Sequence record: OP778610
Reading direction: 5' to 3' (one strand)
DNA: 64,000 nt
Source of the DNA: Escherichia phage W70
Shown: piece by piece, positions 1 to 9,302 of the stretch
How the letters are laid out: each line of letters opens with the position of its first letter
Numbering within the stretch: the first letter of the stretch is position 1
The notes under the pieces: generated by a model
What the model was told of the DNA's origin: nothing
Database searches by the model: none
What the model saw: the letters and a program-made list of their open reading frames with translations, nothing else
Translations under genes and position numbers: made by a program

Positions 1-404
1 CGGCGAATCTCTTCTTTCATCACTTCCTGCATCGTTAATTTAAGGATTTCTTTGTTTAATTTTGGCTTAACTTCATGAAGCTTGTCAAGAAGTTTTTCCA
101 TTTCTTCTTTTACTTTTTCTTCCTCATTTTCTATTTCTAATTGGTCCATCGCATCTTTGCAAACACAGCAATGACCTATTACTCTTAAAATGTGGTTTTG
201 TATAGGTAATGCTTTTCTACCACAATAACCACAAAGAATAGAACCACCAGAGTTTCGGGCATCCACTGTCAATGTAGGTTTGGCCCCTTTTGCCTGAGAA
301 TGCCAAGTCTTTTTGCCTTGGTAATCATACATAAAGAATTCATAGGATCTCTCATCAACGTGATCTTCGAGCATATGTAAAGTTCGTGTATTGAAATGTT
401 TCAT
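1..404 (-). CDS. hypothetical Cys-rich protein (CxxC...HCCVC), 3' end beyond window edge
   Basis: ATG at 402-404 with SD GAGAGG upstream; frame stays open to position 1; N-term MKHFNTRTLHMLEDH, Cys cluster CGYCGRK..HCCVC then Lys/Glu-rich tail. Confidence 0.5.
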   Translation of the reverse strand, partial: MKHFNTRTLHMLEDHVDERSYEFFMYDYQGKKTWHSQAKGAKPTLTVDARNSGGSILCGYCGRKALPIQNHILRVIGHCCVCKDAMDQLEIENEEEKVKEEMEKLLDKLHEVKPKLNKEILKLTMQEVMKEEIR

Positions 405-441
405 CTTTAAACCTCTCGTCGTTTGTATGAGCTAACTATAC

Positions 442-470
442 GAGAACTTGAGAGGAAGATCAATACTTGA
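442..470. repeat. isolated copy of GAGAACTTGAGAGG motif plus ATACTTGA half-site in divergent promoter region
   Basis: gagaacttgagagg at 442-455 matches the 20-bp unit repeated at 9135-9302; lies between divergent genes 1-404(-) and 527(+). Confidence 0.5.
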
Positions 471-526
471 TTTGCATTTTATTTTCATTATACTGTGCAC
501 ATCTAAAACGAGAAGGAGTGTAATAA

Positions 527-1090
527 ATGAGTCAAGATAAAGAGTTAGCCATTGCAATATCGACAGCAGCTTCTGCACACGTTAACCAGGTAGATAAAGG
601 AGGGAATATCTACATCCTTCATCCTTTACAGGTGATGCAGACACTGCAACAAAAAGGAAGAGAGGATTTAATGGCAGCAGGTGTTTTGCACGACGTGATT
701 GAAGACACTAATCTCACTATGGTAGATCTCTTTAGAATGGGTATTTCAGAAAGAACTCTGGAGATTGTCGATGCAGTAACAAAGAAACGTAAGCAATCTT
801 CATCTGATTACCTAGAGGGGATTTTAGAGAGTGAGGGTGCTTGTCATGTTAAGCTTGCGGATCTTAAACACAACTTAGATATTCTGCGAACTTGTAGCAC
901 CACAGAAAAAGACTTGCAACGGGTCAGGAAGTATGTAACAATGCACTTGTTGATTACGGAGATGGTTGATTGGTATGAAAGTATCGGAAGGTATCTCGAT
1001 TATTGTGATTCTTTTGCCTATTCTAGCTATCTCGACGAACGTAAAGAATTTGTTCAGAAACTTATTAAAAAATGGAAGGAGTTTAAATGA
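527..1090 (+). CDS. (p)ppGpp hydrolase, RelA/SpoT-type HD domain (small alarmone hydrolase)
   Basis: HD signatures AHVNQVDKGGNIYILHPL and AAGVLHDVIEDT; SD AAGGAG 8 nt upstream of ATG; 187 aa. Confidence 0.75.
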   Translation: MSQDKELAIAISTAASAHVNQVDKGGNIYILHPLQVMQTLQQKGREDLMAAGVLHDVIEDTNLTMVDLFRMGISERTLEIVDAVTKKRKQSSSDYLEGILESEGACHVKLADLKHNLDILRTCSTTEKDLQRVRKYVTMHLLITEMVDWYESIGRYLDYCDSFAYSSYLDERKEFVQKLIKKWKEFK

Positions 1091-1620
1091 AAAAGGTATT
1101 GAGTATTGAGCCGTTCACAACAACATACTTTGACGATTTGGAACGTCATGGTGATTATGGGGTACAAGACGCTGATGGTTGGAAAGAATTCCCTGAAGAA
1201 ACAAAAGGTGACATTACAAAGCTCGGTTGTAAGATCAATGGTGAAGAACCGAAAGGTGTTTACACCATGTTTTCTTTCCTTGAAGCTATGAATCCAACAT
1301 ACAAGGGGGATAGACAATTCGGTTTTTCTTTTGCATCATTCCTTACTTGCAGTTGTGGTCACGGGGGTTGTGCAGGCTATCATGATAATGTGGTTATTCG
1401 ACGTAAAAAGAACACGGTGATGGTCGTAGGGAAAAAGGAAGATGGTTACAACGAAGGTGTTGTATTGACAGGGGAGTCTGTTGTATACTTCGATAAAGAG
1501 CAATGGGACAGCGTTCTGGACCACTACCTTAAACTCTTTAAAGAAAATCCAGATGGTGTTTTTGAAGATACAGGTTTTATGTTCACTGGTCGTTGGGGGA
1601 CTAAAAATTTTTCAAAATAA
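1087..1620 (+). CDS. hypothetical protein
   Basis: ATGA start/stop overlap with upstream gene; Cys cluster CSCGHGGC; no recognised domain. Confidence 0.55.
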   Translation: MKKVLSIEPFTTTYFDDLERHGDYGVQDADGWKEFPEETKGDITKLGCKINGEEPKGVYTMFSFLEAMNPTYKGDRQFGFSFASFLTCSCGHGGCAGYHDNVVIRRKKNTVMVVGKKEDGYNEGVVLTGESVVYFDKEQWDSVLDHYLKLFKENPDGVFEDTGFMFTGRWGTKNFSK

Positions 1621-1690
1621 CTTAAAAACTGGTTGACTTAAGAAATAGAAAAGATATACTTATCACATCAAAAACAAGAGGAGATATAAA

Positions 1691-2920
1691 ATGCAAGCAA
1701 CTTATCAACGTATGGACCAAACCATGTTCAAAAAACGTATCAGTATCCGTGATATGGAACCACTGATCCGTCTGGGCGCTTCCATCGGTAAGACCGTGTT
1801 CTTTTTTGGTGGTGCAGGTCTTGGTAAGTCTGAAAAAGTAAAACAGATCGCGGACTCTATGTTCCCACATCGTGTAGGCAATAACCTGTGTGATGTTCGT
1901 CTGTCTGATAAAGAGCCACAAGATATTGCAGGCATTCCGATTCCGATCTCTTATCCAGATCCAAAGACTGGTGAAGAAGTTACCCGTACTGTATATGCTG
2001 TTCCAAACTTCTGGCCTACCGATCCTGATTGGGAAGGTATCGTGTTCCTGGATGAACTGCCGAACGCACCATTGGGTACTCAGCACTCTGCATATCAGGT
2101 TATTCTTGATCACGTTGCAGGTGAGCATAAGTTCCCGAAAGGTACTGTGTTTGTAGGTGCGGGTAACCGTGATACTGATGGAGCAGGGACAACATCTATG
2201 CCTGGTCCACTGGTTAACCGTATGATCATCGCCGAGGTTGATTATAATCTGGATGTGTGGATCGAAGATTATGCGATTCCGTTCCGTCTGCATCCGAACA
2301 TTATTGGTTTCTTGAAGCAGTTTCCAGAGCATTTCTATACTGGTGACGTAGAAAACCGAAGCACTCCGGTTTATTCATCTCCTCGTCAATGGAAAACAGC
2401 ATCTGACATTCTGTATAAGTACGATGCTGGCGAGATTAATGAATTTATCGCAGAGGTTGCCCTGGCAGGTACAGTTGGTGAAGGCTTGGAAGTACAGATC
2501 CTTGCTTACCATTTACGTGCTAAAGAACTTCCTCCGATTGAAGATATCTTTAGTGGTGCAGTTAAAGAACATAAACTTGATCGCAGTAAGAACGACCTTG
2601 TTTACGTACTGGCACAAACTGGTCTGCGTCGTATGGAAGATGAAGTTATGGATAACGATATGACTGATGATAAGTTCCTTGAACGTGCAGGTAACTTCCT
2701 TACGTTCATGTACAATAACTATTATGCAAACAACAAGGATACGATGATTGCTTTGATCTTGGGCGTGTTCCGTGGTCCAAACGATAAGCCATCTATCCTG
2801 ACTGTTAACCCGAAACGTCAGAAAATGATTCCGCTCATGCGTAAAAGTTGCCCGACTGTTTCTGCCGCAGTTATGGAATACATGACTCGCTATGGTCAAC
2901 TGATTAAAGAATTCGAATAA
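1691..2920 (+). CDS. AAA+ ATPase, MoxR/CbbQ-like
   Basis: Walker A GGAGLGKSE, Walker B FLDELPNA, sensor GAGNRD; SD AAGAGGAG upstream. Confidence 0.6.
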   Translation: MQATYQRMDQTMFKKRISIRDMEPLIRLGASIGKTVFFFGGAGLGKSEKVKQIADSMFPHRVGNNLCDVRLSDKEPQDIAGIPIPISYPDPKTGEEVTRTVYAVPNFWPTDPDWEGIVFLDELPNAPLGTQHSAYQVILDHVAGEHKFPKGTVFVGAGNRDTDGAGTTSMPGPLVNRMIIAEVDYNLDVWIEDYAIPFRLHPNIIGFLKQFPEHFYTGDVENRSTPVYSSPRQWKTASDILYKYDAGEINEFIAEVALAGTVGEGLEVQILAYHLRAKELPPIEDIFSGAVKEHKLDRSKNDLVYVLAQTGLRRMEDEVMDNDMTDDKFLERAGNFLTFMYNNYYANNKDTMIALILGVFRGPNDKPSILTVNPKRQKMIPLMRKSCPTVSAAVMEYMTRYGQLIKEFE

Positions 2921-3000
2921 TCTCTTGACAACGAAAAACAGTTAACTTAATATAAGGGCATCTCGAAAGAGGTGTCCTTTTTTAATTTGGAGAAAATGAA

Positions 3001-4539
3001 ATGGCAAAACTTACGATTGAAGAAAGCAATATGATTGAAATGCAAGTCTCTGAAGCAGAGCGTATCATCGAGGCTGCTAGTCTACAACTGATGCGGTTTA
3101 AGCCCTTCTACGGGGTAATGCTTTCTTCTATGCCTGTTAAAAAGGCGACGGAGTGGTGTAGTACAATGGCGACTGATGGACGTAACCTGTATTACCATCC
3201 AGAGTTCGTTGCAGGTATGACAGAAGAACGTAAAAAATTGGTACTTGATCGACTTTCCAAAACTGAGAAAGATCCTAAAAAGCTGAAAGAGTCCACTGAG
3301 TTTATTAATGTCTTCTATCGTCGCAAGACTGCCCGTGAGCTTGCTCTTATTCTTGAGCACGAATGTGATCATGTGATCTCTGATCATGCCTCTCGTGGTA
3401 AAGGATTTAATCATGAACTTTACAACATTGCGGCTGACCATCGTATCAATACAACGGCTGTGCTTATTCACCAAAAAGGGGATGAGTTAGGTAAAGCATG
3501 GTTCCCTGCCGGAGAGAGAACAGTATTTGATAAGAATGCTGAGTTTGGATTTATGGCCTGGTCTTACTGTGATTTCCGATTCAAAGATATGTATACTGAG
3601 CAGATCTATGAAATCCTGAATAAAGAGCAAGATGATAAAGAAAAATCCAAAGGACAAGGTTCTGGTTCTGGAAGTGGAGAGGGTGATGGTGAAGAGGGTG
3701 ATCAAGGTCGTAAAGGTGTTGATCAGCACATGGACCAGAACGGCGATCCAGAAGATTCAGAAGGCGATAGTGTCGAAGATGCGTTAGGAATCGACCGTAA
3801 AGCGAAGCCTAAGCAAACAGCAGAGGAACGCCAGTATAACGATGGGGTTATGCGTCGAGCCATTGAGAATGCCGTACAGGCAGCAGGAAGCGGTGCGCCG
3901 GAAGATGCTCGTCGTTTTGTAGAAGCAGCAGGTAAACCAAAGATTAACTATCTTCGTTTGTTGCGTAAAACTATTGAACGTCTGTTTAAAGATGATGTAT
4001 CATATCGTCGTTTGTCACGCCGTAGTCACTCGTTAACTCGAACTCTTCGTAGTTCTGGTTACTTGTCTGGACGACAGACGATTGGTTTACCATCGAAGAA
4101 CAAACAGAAGACTATTCGTGCGGGTGTCTTCTTCGACGTATCGGGATCATTTAACGATGATCTATTGCGTCCAACAATGCGTGAGATTCGTGGATTATGT
4201 AATCTTTACGACGAATTTGAGGTCACGATGGCTTGCTGGTCAACAAAGGTTGGTAACATCGAGACGTATACGAAAAGAAACGTTGGTGAGATTGCTGACT
4301 ATAAGATCAAAACGACATTTGGTACGGATGTTTCTTGTGTGTTTGAAGCATTAGATGAAATGGAAGACCCTATGGATCAGATCATCATCTATACTGACGG
4401 TTACTTTGCTGATGTATCCCAAAAGAAAGATTGGGCCAAAAAGTATGGTAAGAATGTTCTTTGGATCATCCTGGGCCGTGGGTCTTCGTTCACCCCACCT
4501 TTCGGCAAGGCAATTGATTTTGACAAGTATCTTAAATAA
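3001..4539 (+). CDS. DUF2201-like protein: putative HExxH metallopeptidase-like N-domain plus VWA-like C-domain
   Basis: HExxH in LEHECDH; Gly/Ser/acidic low-complexity linker (aa ~215-250); C-terminal half VWA-like; directly follows AAA+ gene. Confidence 0.55.
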   Translation: MAKLTIEESNMIEMQVSEAERIIEAASLQLMRFKPFYGVMLSSMPVKKATEWCSTMATDGRNLYYHPEFVAGMTEERKKLVLDRLSKTEKDPKKLKESTEFINVFYRRKTARELALILEHECDHVISDHASRGKGFNHELYNIAADHRINTTAVLIHQKGDELGKAWFPAGERTVFDKNAEFGFMAWSYCDFRFKDMYTEQIYEILNKEQDDKEKSKGQGSGSGSGEGDGEEGDQGRKGVDQHMDQNGDPEDSEGDSVEDALGIDRKAKPKQTAEERQYNDGVMRRAIENAVQAAGSGAPEDARRFVEAAGKPKINYLRLLRKTIERLFKDDVSYRRLSRRSHSLTRTLRSSGYLSGRQTIGLPSKNKQKTIRAGVFFDVSGSFNDDLLRPTMREIRGLCNLYDEFEVTMACWSTKVGNIETYTKRNVGEIADYKIKTTFGTDVSCVFEALDEMEDPMDQIIIYTDGYFADVSQKKDWAKKYGKNVLWIILGRGSSFTPPFGKAIDFDKYLK

Positions 4540-4548
4540 GGAGGGTCT

Positions 4549-4920
4549 TTGAGCGAGTATACTTACAAGTTGTCAGTTGGTAGGCGTGGTGTGGTTATGA
4601 CTATCAACATGATTAATGAGAGTGCGGAGGCTGTGAAGTGGTGGGCCTCCACCTTTAATGGGAAAGGTTTTACTTTATCGCGTCATAAGATTGAATCAGG
4701 AAAGCCGATAGATCTTGTCAAGGAGGACACTTTCTTGTATCCTGATCGTATCAGTGATGAAGACATTGATTTCCTGTCTGCCACGGTTGGTAGTTTGTTG
4801 GATGAAGAGCCGGATATTATAAGGTTGCTCTCTTTGCTTACGGCAATGTGGTCAGCAGGTCATGACGAGGAAAGTATGCACACGATGGTAAGGAATACGT
4901 TGAGACGTTGGTCTAAGTAA
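4549..4920 (+). CDS. hypothetical protein
   Basis: TTG start 5 nt after strong SD AAGGAGGG; 123 aa. Confidence 0.5.
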   Translation: MSEYTYKLSVGRRGVVMTINMINESAEAVKWWASTFNGKGFTLSRHKIESGKPIDLVKEDTFLYPDRISDEDIDFLSATVGSLLDEEPDIIRLLSLLTAMWSAGHDEESMHTMVRNTLRRWSK

Positions 4921-5240
4921 CAACATTTCCTTTATGCCCGTTTAGGCATACAATACTATATTAGATGATAAACCCCTCAACCTGCTCGGTTGCTTCGACG
5001 GGGTTTATATATCTATTAAAAAATTAACCACACTCACATTCGTTCGGTACTTAATTTTTTAAGTCCCCACAAAATTGTGTTGACACCACAATAGAACACA
5101 TGTAGAGTTAACAACAGAAGGAAAGTTACTTGGATAAGTTTTACGTATACTGTCTAACATTGGGATTGATACTCTTGATCGTTGGATCAATAGGTAAAGT
5201 TTTACTCAATAGTTTTGGAATTTATTAAGAGGAGATCGTA

Positions 5241-5483
5241 ATGAGAGTACGTCAACATCGTGGTACACTGATTGAGAGTTTGAAGACTGTTAAACAGATC
5301 GATAGTACAAAACAGGCTCTTGTGGATCATATCAATAAAGAGTTAGGTAAACCGTTTAACTTCTCTGTTGATTCGATCAGTATTGTGGAAAAGGGAGTTG
5401 ATGAGCGTATCAACTGGAACAACCATCTGATCCTGATTGATGGTTTTGGTGTATTTGGTTATTGTGATCAACATCCTGTTTAA
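5241..5483 (+). CDS. hypothetical protein
   Basis: SD AAGAGGAG upstream of ATG; 80 aa. Confidence 0.5.
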   Translation: MRVRQHRGTLIESLKTVKQIDSTKQALVDHINKELGKPFNFSVDSISIVEKGVDERINWNNHLILIDGFGVFGYCDQHPV

Positions 5484-5492
5484 GAGGTGGTT

Positions 5493-5594
5493 ATGGGTAT
5501 TAAATGGTGGTTGTTTGTAGTTCCTGCAAATGATAATGCAGGTGGTGATGGTAAACGTGCAGTCGCACAAACCTATGTCTATGGTCGTCGTTGA
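5493..5594 (+). CDS. hypothetical small protein (33 aa)
   Basis: ATG preceded by SD AAGAGGTGG; MGIKWWLFVVPANDNAGGDGKRAVAQTYVYGRR; not in ORF track (<60 aa). Confidence 0.35.
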   Translation: MGIKWWLFVVPANDNAGGDGKRAVAQTYVYGRR

Positions 5595-5603
5595 GGAGTT
5601 ATT

Positions 5604-6011
5604 ATGGATGCTTTTTTGAGTATGGTGTTTGCACTGACAGTGGTTGATTGGGTATTTATCGGTATCTATTTGCTGTGTATTCCTTTTGTGGTCTGGTTCT
5701 ACATTGACCTTTTGGCAGGTACTGGCAAGGTAAGTGGGATGGACTACTTCATGTTTATTGTTGTGATCCTGATGGGGCCTTTAGCTTTGTTGTCTTTCCT
5801 TATTGCAAACATTGTGGTAAGAGGGGGCGCTATCAAACAAGCCATTCTTTTAAAGGTGAGTGGAACTGATATCGGTAAGAAGATCATTGTCTGGAACATT
5901 ACACGTAAGCTTAAGAAGACTGATACCAAATGGGTTAATCCTTTAGAGCGAGCCGTTCAGAAACGTCACAAAGTCTTAATAGGGAGAAAACATGGGAAAT
6001 GCAATCCGTAA
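5604..6011 (+). CDS. hypothetical membrane protein
   Basis: SD TGAGGAG upstream; multiple hydrophobic helices (VVDWVFIGIYLLCIPFVVWFYI, FMFIVVILMGPLALLSFLIANIVV). Confidence 0.55.
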   Translation: MDAFLSMVFALTVVDWVFIGIYLLCIPFVVWFYIDLLAGTGKVSGMDYFMFIVVILMGPLALLSFLIANIVVRGGAIKQAILLKVSGTDIGKKIIVWNITRKLKKTDTKWVNPLERAVQKRHKVLIGRKHGKCNP

Positions 6012-6156
6012 AATCAAGTGGAAGTTTTGGGAATACGCGCTGGTTGTTGCTGGATATCTTTTCGGATACGGTCATGAAGTGTACTATGGTGTGAAGCATA
6101 ATCGAAACATGGCGTACTTCGCGTGGAAGTTTCCAGAGCGTAAGGAAAAGAAATGA
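5992..6156 (+). CDS. hypothetical small protein (54 aa)
   Basis: ATG with SD AGGGAG; stop overlaps next ATG (ATGA); overlaps 3' end of 5604-6011 in another frame, so one of the two termini is uncertain. Confidence 0.3.
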   Translation: MGNAIRKIKWKFWEYALVVAGYLFGYGHEVYYGVKHNRNMAYFAWKFPERKEKK

Positions 6157-6674
6157 AAGTCACAGAAAGCTTAGTTAAAAAGGTTCGAATAGAAGAACTC
6201 CAGGAAGAAAGACTCGACCCTATCGAGGTTATCATTGAGAACTACGAGAATGGCAGAGGTAAGCTTATAGTCACCTCAAGTGGCAAGTCTTGGGTAGGCC
6301 AATGGAATGCAATGGGAGGTAGTGTAGAGTCCTTCATCCAACGTGTAGATAATGACTACCTTATCGGATGTATGGGTCGAGCGCCTAAATTTATTGAAGA
6401 TAAGGATGAAGATCCTGTTTTCATTAAGAAGATGATCTTGAAGTATCGTCGGAATGATTCGATAACCGAAGAAAAGGCGAGAAGGGCTTGGGATTATATA
6501 GATACATATTCCCCTGATCGTGATGATATCTTTTATTGGGTTCCTTTTGCGCTTCAACCCCTGAAGGAGTTGGAAGAGCCTTGGTATCTTGACTGGCCTA
6601 CAAAAGTCAATACGGAGTATGTACACCAAAGTAAGATCCTAGATATTGTTCGTAAAGCAATAAGGCCAAATTAA
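6153..6674 (+). CDS. hypothetical protein
   Basis: ORF-track frame, 173 aa; GC-rich hairpin follows at 6672-6702. Confidence 0.55.
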   Translation: MKVTESLVKKVRIEELQEERLDPIEVIIENYENGRGKLIVTSSGKSWVGQWNAMGGSVESFIQRVDNDYLIGCMGRAPKFIEDKDEDPVFIKKMILKYRRNDSITEEKARRAWDYIDTYSPDRDDIFYWVPFALQPLKELEEPWYLDWPTKVNTEYVHQSKILDIVRKAIRPN

Positions 6675-6745
6675 TAACGAGAAGGGGTTGACGAGAGTCG
6701 CCCCTTGAGTTAAACTTCAGTTATCAAAACAAAGAGGAGAAAGAA

Positions 6746-7369
6746 ATGGCTATATATGCAAAACTGAAAGAAAGTAAGAAAAGTTATTTTATTTCGATGG
6801 ACCCATCTAACCGACGTATGATTGAAAATCATGGTGATCGATTCATTGTTCGACCTTCTGAGAATAACGATTCTTACTTACGTCCGGTGGGTCCACGTAT
6901 TGAGGGTCAGTTCTTAACATCCCGAGATATCGAAGAGTATTTTACATTCTTTCCTGAATGGTCAGCAGAGTCAGCAGAATACATCGTTAACTTGGCGATC
7001 CCGCAGGGTCAAGTGTCTATTGATGATCAGTATCTGTTGGGTGATTTAACTGGGGACTATAGAATTAAAACAAGCCACCCGAATATGTGGCGACTGTATA
7101 ACAACTCTACTAACCCTGATGATTATGTCCTAATCAAGCAGAGTAATTTGGAGAAATATTTTACCTTGCAAGAAGACTCCTTAAAGAAAGCACTGAAGAA
7201 GTTTGACAATTACACCCCTGCACCTGTAGAAAAAGAACAGGAAGTTGTAGATACGGATGTTTTTGAAGTGAACATTAAGCGCACAGTCAGGGTTAAGGAT
7301 GCGGAAGTCACAGAGGACAATCTGGATCAATTCATTGCACAGCTTACTAAACTGGTTAAAGGAGAATAA
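6746..7369 (+). CDS. hypothetical protein
   Basis: SD AAGAGGAG upstream; 207 aa. Confidence 0.55.
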   Translation: MAIYAKLKESKKSYFISMDPSNRRMIENHGDRFIVRPSENNDSYLRPVGPRIEGQFLTSRDIEEYFTFFPEWSAESAEYIVNLAIPQGQVSIDDQYLLGDLTGDYRIKTSHPNMWRLYNNSTNPDDYVLIKQSNLEKYFTLQEDSLKKALKKFDNYTPAPVEKEQEVVDTDVFEVNIKRTVRVKDAEVTEDNLDQFIAQLTKLVKGE

Positions 7370-7372
7370 AAG

Positions 7373-7687
7373 ATGATTATCGATGAAAGAACGCAAGTAG
7401 TTATTGACAAGACTTTCAGTGTACGTAAAAGTATCATTGCAGACATTAGTCTTGAGCGTATCACCGAGGAGGGTATTGATACTTCTGTAAACTACCCATT
7501 GGTGGAAGAAGACTTCTTACGTAAAATTATGAAGCAAAGTTTTACCGATCATGTGCAGGTAGAAACTAACGAAGAGATGTGGTTAGTCTTTAAACTATCT
7601 GCCGATACTGATCACGAACAAGAATTCAATGCGGCATTGGCATGGATTCTTAAATACTGTAATGACAATGATCTGGAGGTGATGTAA
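7373..7687 (+). CDS. hypothetical protein
   Basis: SD AAAGGAG in end of upstream gene; 104 aa. Confidence 0.5.
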   Translation: MIIDERTQVVIDKTFSVRKSIIADISLERITEEGIDTSVNYPLVEEDFLRKIMKQSFTDHVQVETNEEMWLVFKLSADTDHEQEFNAALAWILKYCNDNDLEVM

Positions 7688-7914
7688 TGCACAAGCTTCC
7701 AAAGAACTTTCGATTCTATCGTGATCTGAAATTAAAGTCTGTACTGTTTGTCGAGAATTTAGAGTTAGAGGAGTTTTATGGTTTTGAATGGTACAAAGGG
7801 GATATGGGAGAGATGAACTTAGAGAATGTTCTCAAATTTTGGGGCAATGATGATGGGGAAGGATACAGCCCCACACCAAAACACGAGCTTTCCCTTGTTG
7901 AGATCAGACAGTAA
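7687..7914 (+). CDS. hypothetical protein
   Basis: ATGTAATG-type overlap with upstream gene; 75 aa; hairpin AGGGGCC-N6-GGCCCCT at 7918-7940. Confidence 0.5.
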   Translation: MHKLPKNFRFYRDLKLKSVLFVENLELEEFYGFEWYKGDMGEMNLENVLKFWGNDDGEGYSPTPKHELSLVEIRQ

Positions 7915-8019
7915 CAAAAGAAGGGGCCTAAACAGGCCCCTGTAAGCATAAACAAGCACAAGACGATAAATGACCTTACCAAAGATAAAAGGTCCTCACA
8001 AACGCATACAGGAGCTTAC

Positions 8020-8838
8020 ATGGCCTATCGTAAATTTGACCCACTAATCATTTATGAAGTTGTCCCAATGAGTGTCTCCAATCCTCATGGTTTGCAATCA
8101 CCTACTCCACTTGACCATAAGACAATGATCAGGAATGCAGAGTACACCTTAAGAGATCTTGAGAACGAAGAGATTGAAAGTGCTGTGCATGGATTGAAAG
8201 ACCTGATCCGTGAACTTGATACGGATGATTCTGTTCAAGAATATATTGAAAAGTCAGAGGCGCTAATCACGAAGTTTCATGAGTACCGCACTAAGGTATC
8301 GCGTATTCTTGATGAAGCTTTTGATCCTTCATCAAAAGACCCGATAAATGATGACAAGGCAATAACCTTACTCAGCCAAATAGCTGACGCTACTGACAGC
8401 ATGGACCCTGGTTTTGTAAGGGCTGATCATACCTGTGTAGATCAGTTTCCTTTAGCCTATCTTAAATCCAAAAAAGCATTCGGTAGTCTGGCTTTTGTCT
8501 GGGAGTATGAGAAAGATTCCCTTACTCGTTACATCAATCGGGTAGGTAAGAAAGATACTTCAGTTACGTTAAATATCTTTTGTGATGGTTCCTTGATGGT
8601 CCATAACAACTGGACAAAAGAGAGCATCCTCTTTGGTAAAGAAAGAGATCAGAAATTTAAACTAGTAAACTATATCCGTTTCGCAACAGAGGATAGTAAA
8701 ATGGGTAAGTCATTTAAAGAGGAGGACTTTAAAACTTTCTTTGAGGATTGGCTTTCCCCAACAGAAGAAGAGATCCAACTCTTCAAGGCTGTGAATGGGG
8801 ATGTTTCATTTGACCTGTACACACTCTTTAACGAGTGA
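8020..8838 (+). CDS. hypothetical protein
   Basis: SD-like ACAGGAG upstream; 272 aa; last gene of left plus-strand block. Confidence 0.55.
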   Translation: MAYRKFDPLIIYEVVPMSVSNPHGLQSPTPLDHKTMIRNAEYTLRDLENEEIESAVHGLKDLIRELDTDDSVQEYIEKSEALITKFHEYRTKVSRILDEAFDPSSKDPINDDKAITLLSQIADATDSMDPGFVRADHTCVDQFPLAYLKSKKAFGSLAFVWEYEKDSLTRYINRVGKKDTSVTLNIFCDGSLMVHNNWTKESILFGKERDQKFKLVNYIRFATEDSKMGKSFKEEDFKTFFEDWLSPTEEEIQLFKAVNGDVSFDLYTLFNE

Positions 8839-8955
8839 TATTTGTTTGCTAAAACAAATTCAGATTTCAGATCCAAAATCTATTTGAGATATTTCCCTGT
8901 GATATTTGTTTCATGGGGAATTTTCAGATTTCAATTTGAAATTCTATTTGAGATA
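8836..8955. repeat. tandem imperfect ~56-bp direct repeat, period 64 bp, 2 copies
   Basis: TGATATTTGTTT..CAGATTTCA..TCTATTTGAGATA at 8836-8891 and 8900-8955. Confidence 0.7.
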
Positions 8956-9134
8956 AATTTAAGACTCTTGCCACCGTGTCACATCCATACTGTTTCATTC
9001 CTGCATACCCCGCACCACTAGATCAACTAAGCTGATGCCTCGCTTACAGACACACCCTTCAGATTCAATACGTTACTGCTCCAGTATACATACGATACAA
9101 AGCAAACATACGACACTCATGACCAGAATAATTT

Positions 9135-9302
9135 GAGAACTTGAGAGGTTTTTCATTTTTGAGATCGTAACCTGAAAACTGTGCACGAGAACTTGAGAGG
9201 TTTTTCGATACAGAGATTAGGAACTTGAGAGGTTTTTCATTTTTAAGTTTGCATTTGAAATTGAGAACTTGAGCTACAGGCCAGATACTTGAGGGGTTTT
9301 TC
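9135..9302. repeat. iteron-like array: 5 copies of GAGAACTTGAGAGGTTTTTC-type 20-bp unit
   Basis: copies at 9135-9154, 9187-9206, 9220-9238, 9263-9280 (degenerate), 9287-9302; irregular 30-60 bp spacing. Confidence 0.7.

Noticed and set aside
1054-2899. Antisense/alternative-frame ORFs inside long genes (for example 1054-1317, 1622-2332, 2513-2899; also 22191-22666, 24106-24737, 48601-48952)
   Set aside because: Fully embedded in well-supported genes on the opposite strand or in another frame; typical six-frame noise.
9135-9302. CRISPR array
   Set aside because: Repeat units are ~20 bp with irregular 30-60 bp spacing and degenerate copies; no cas genes; the motif also occurs singly at 442-455.
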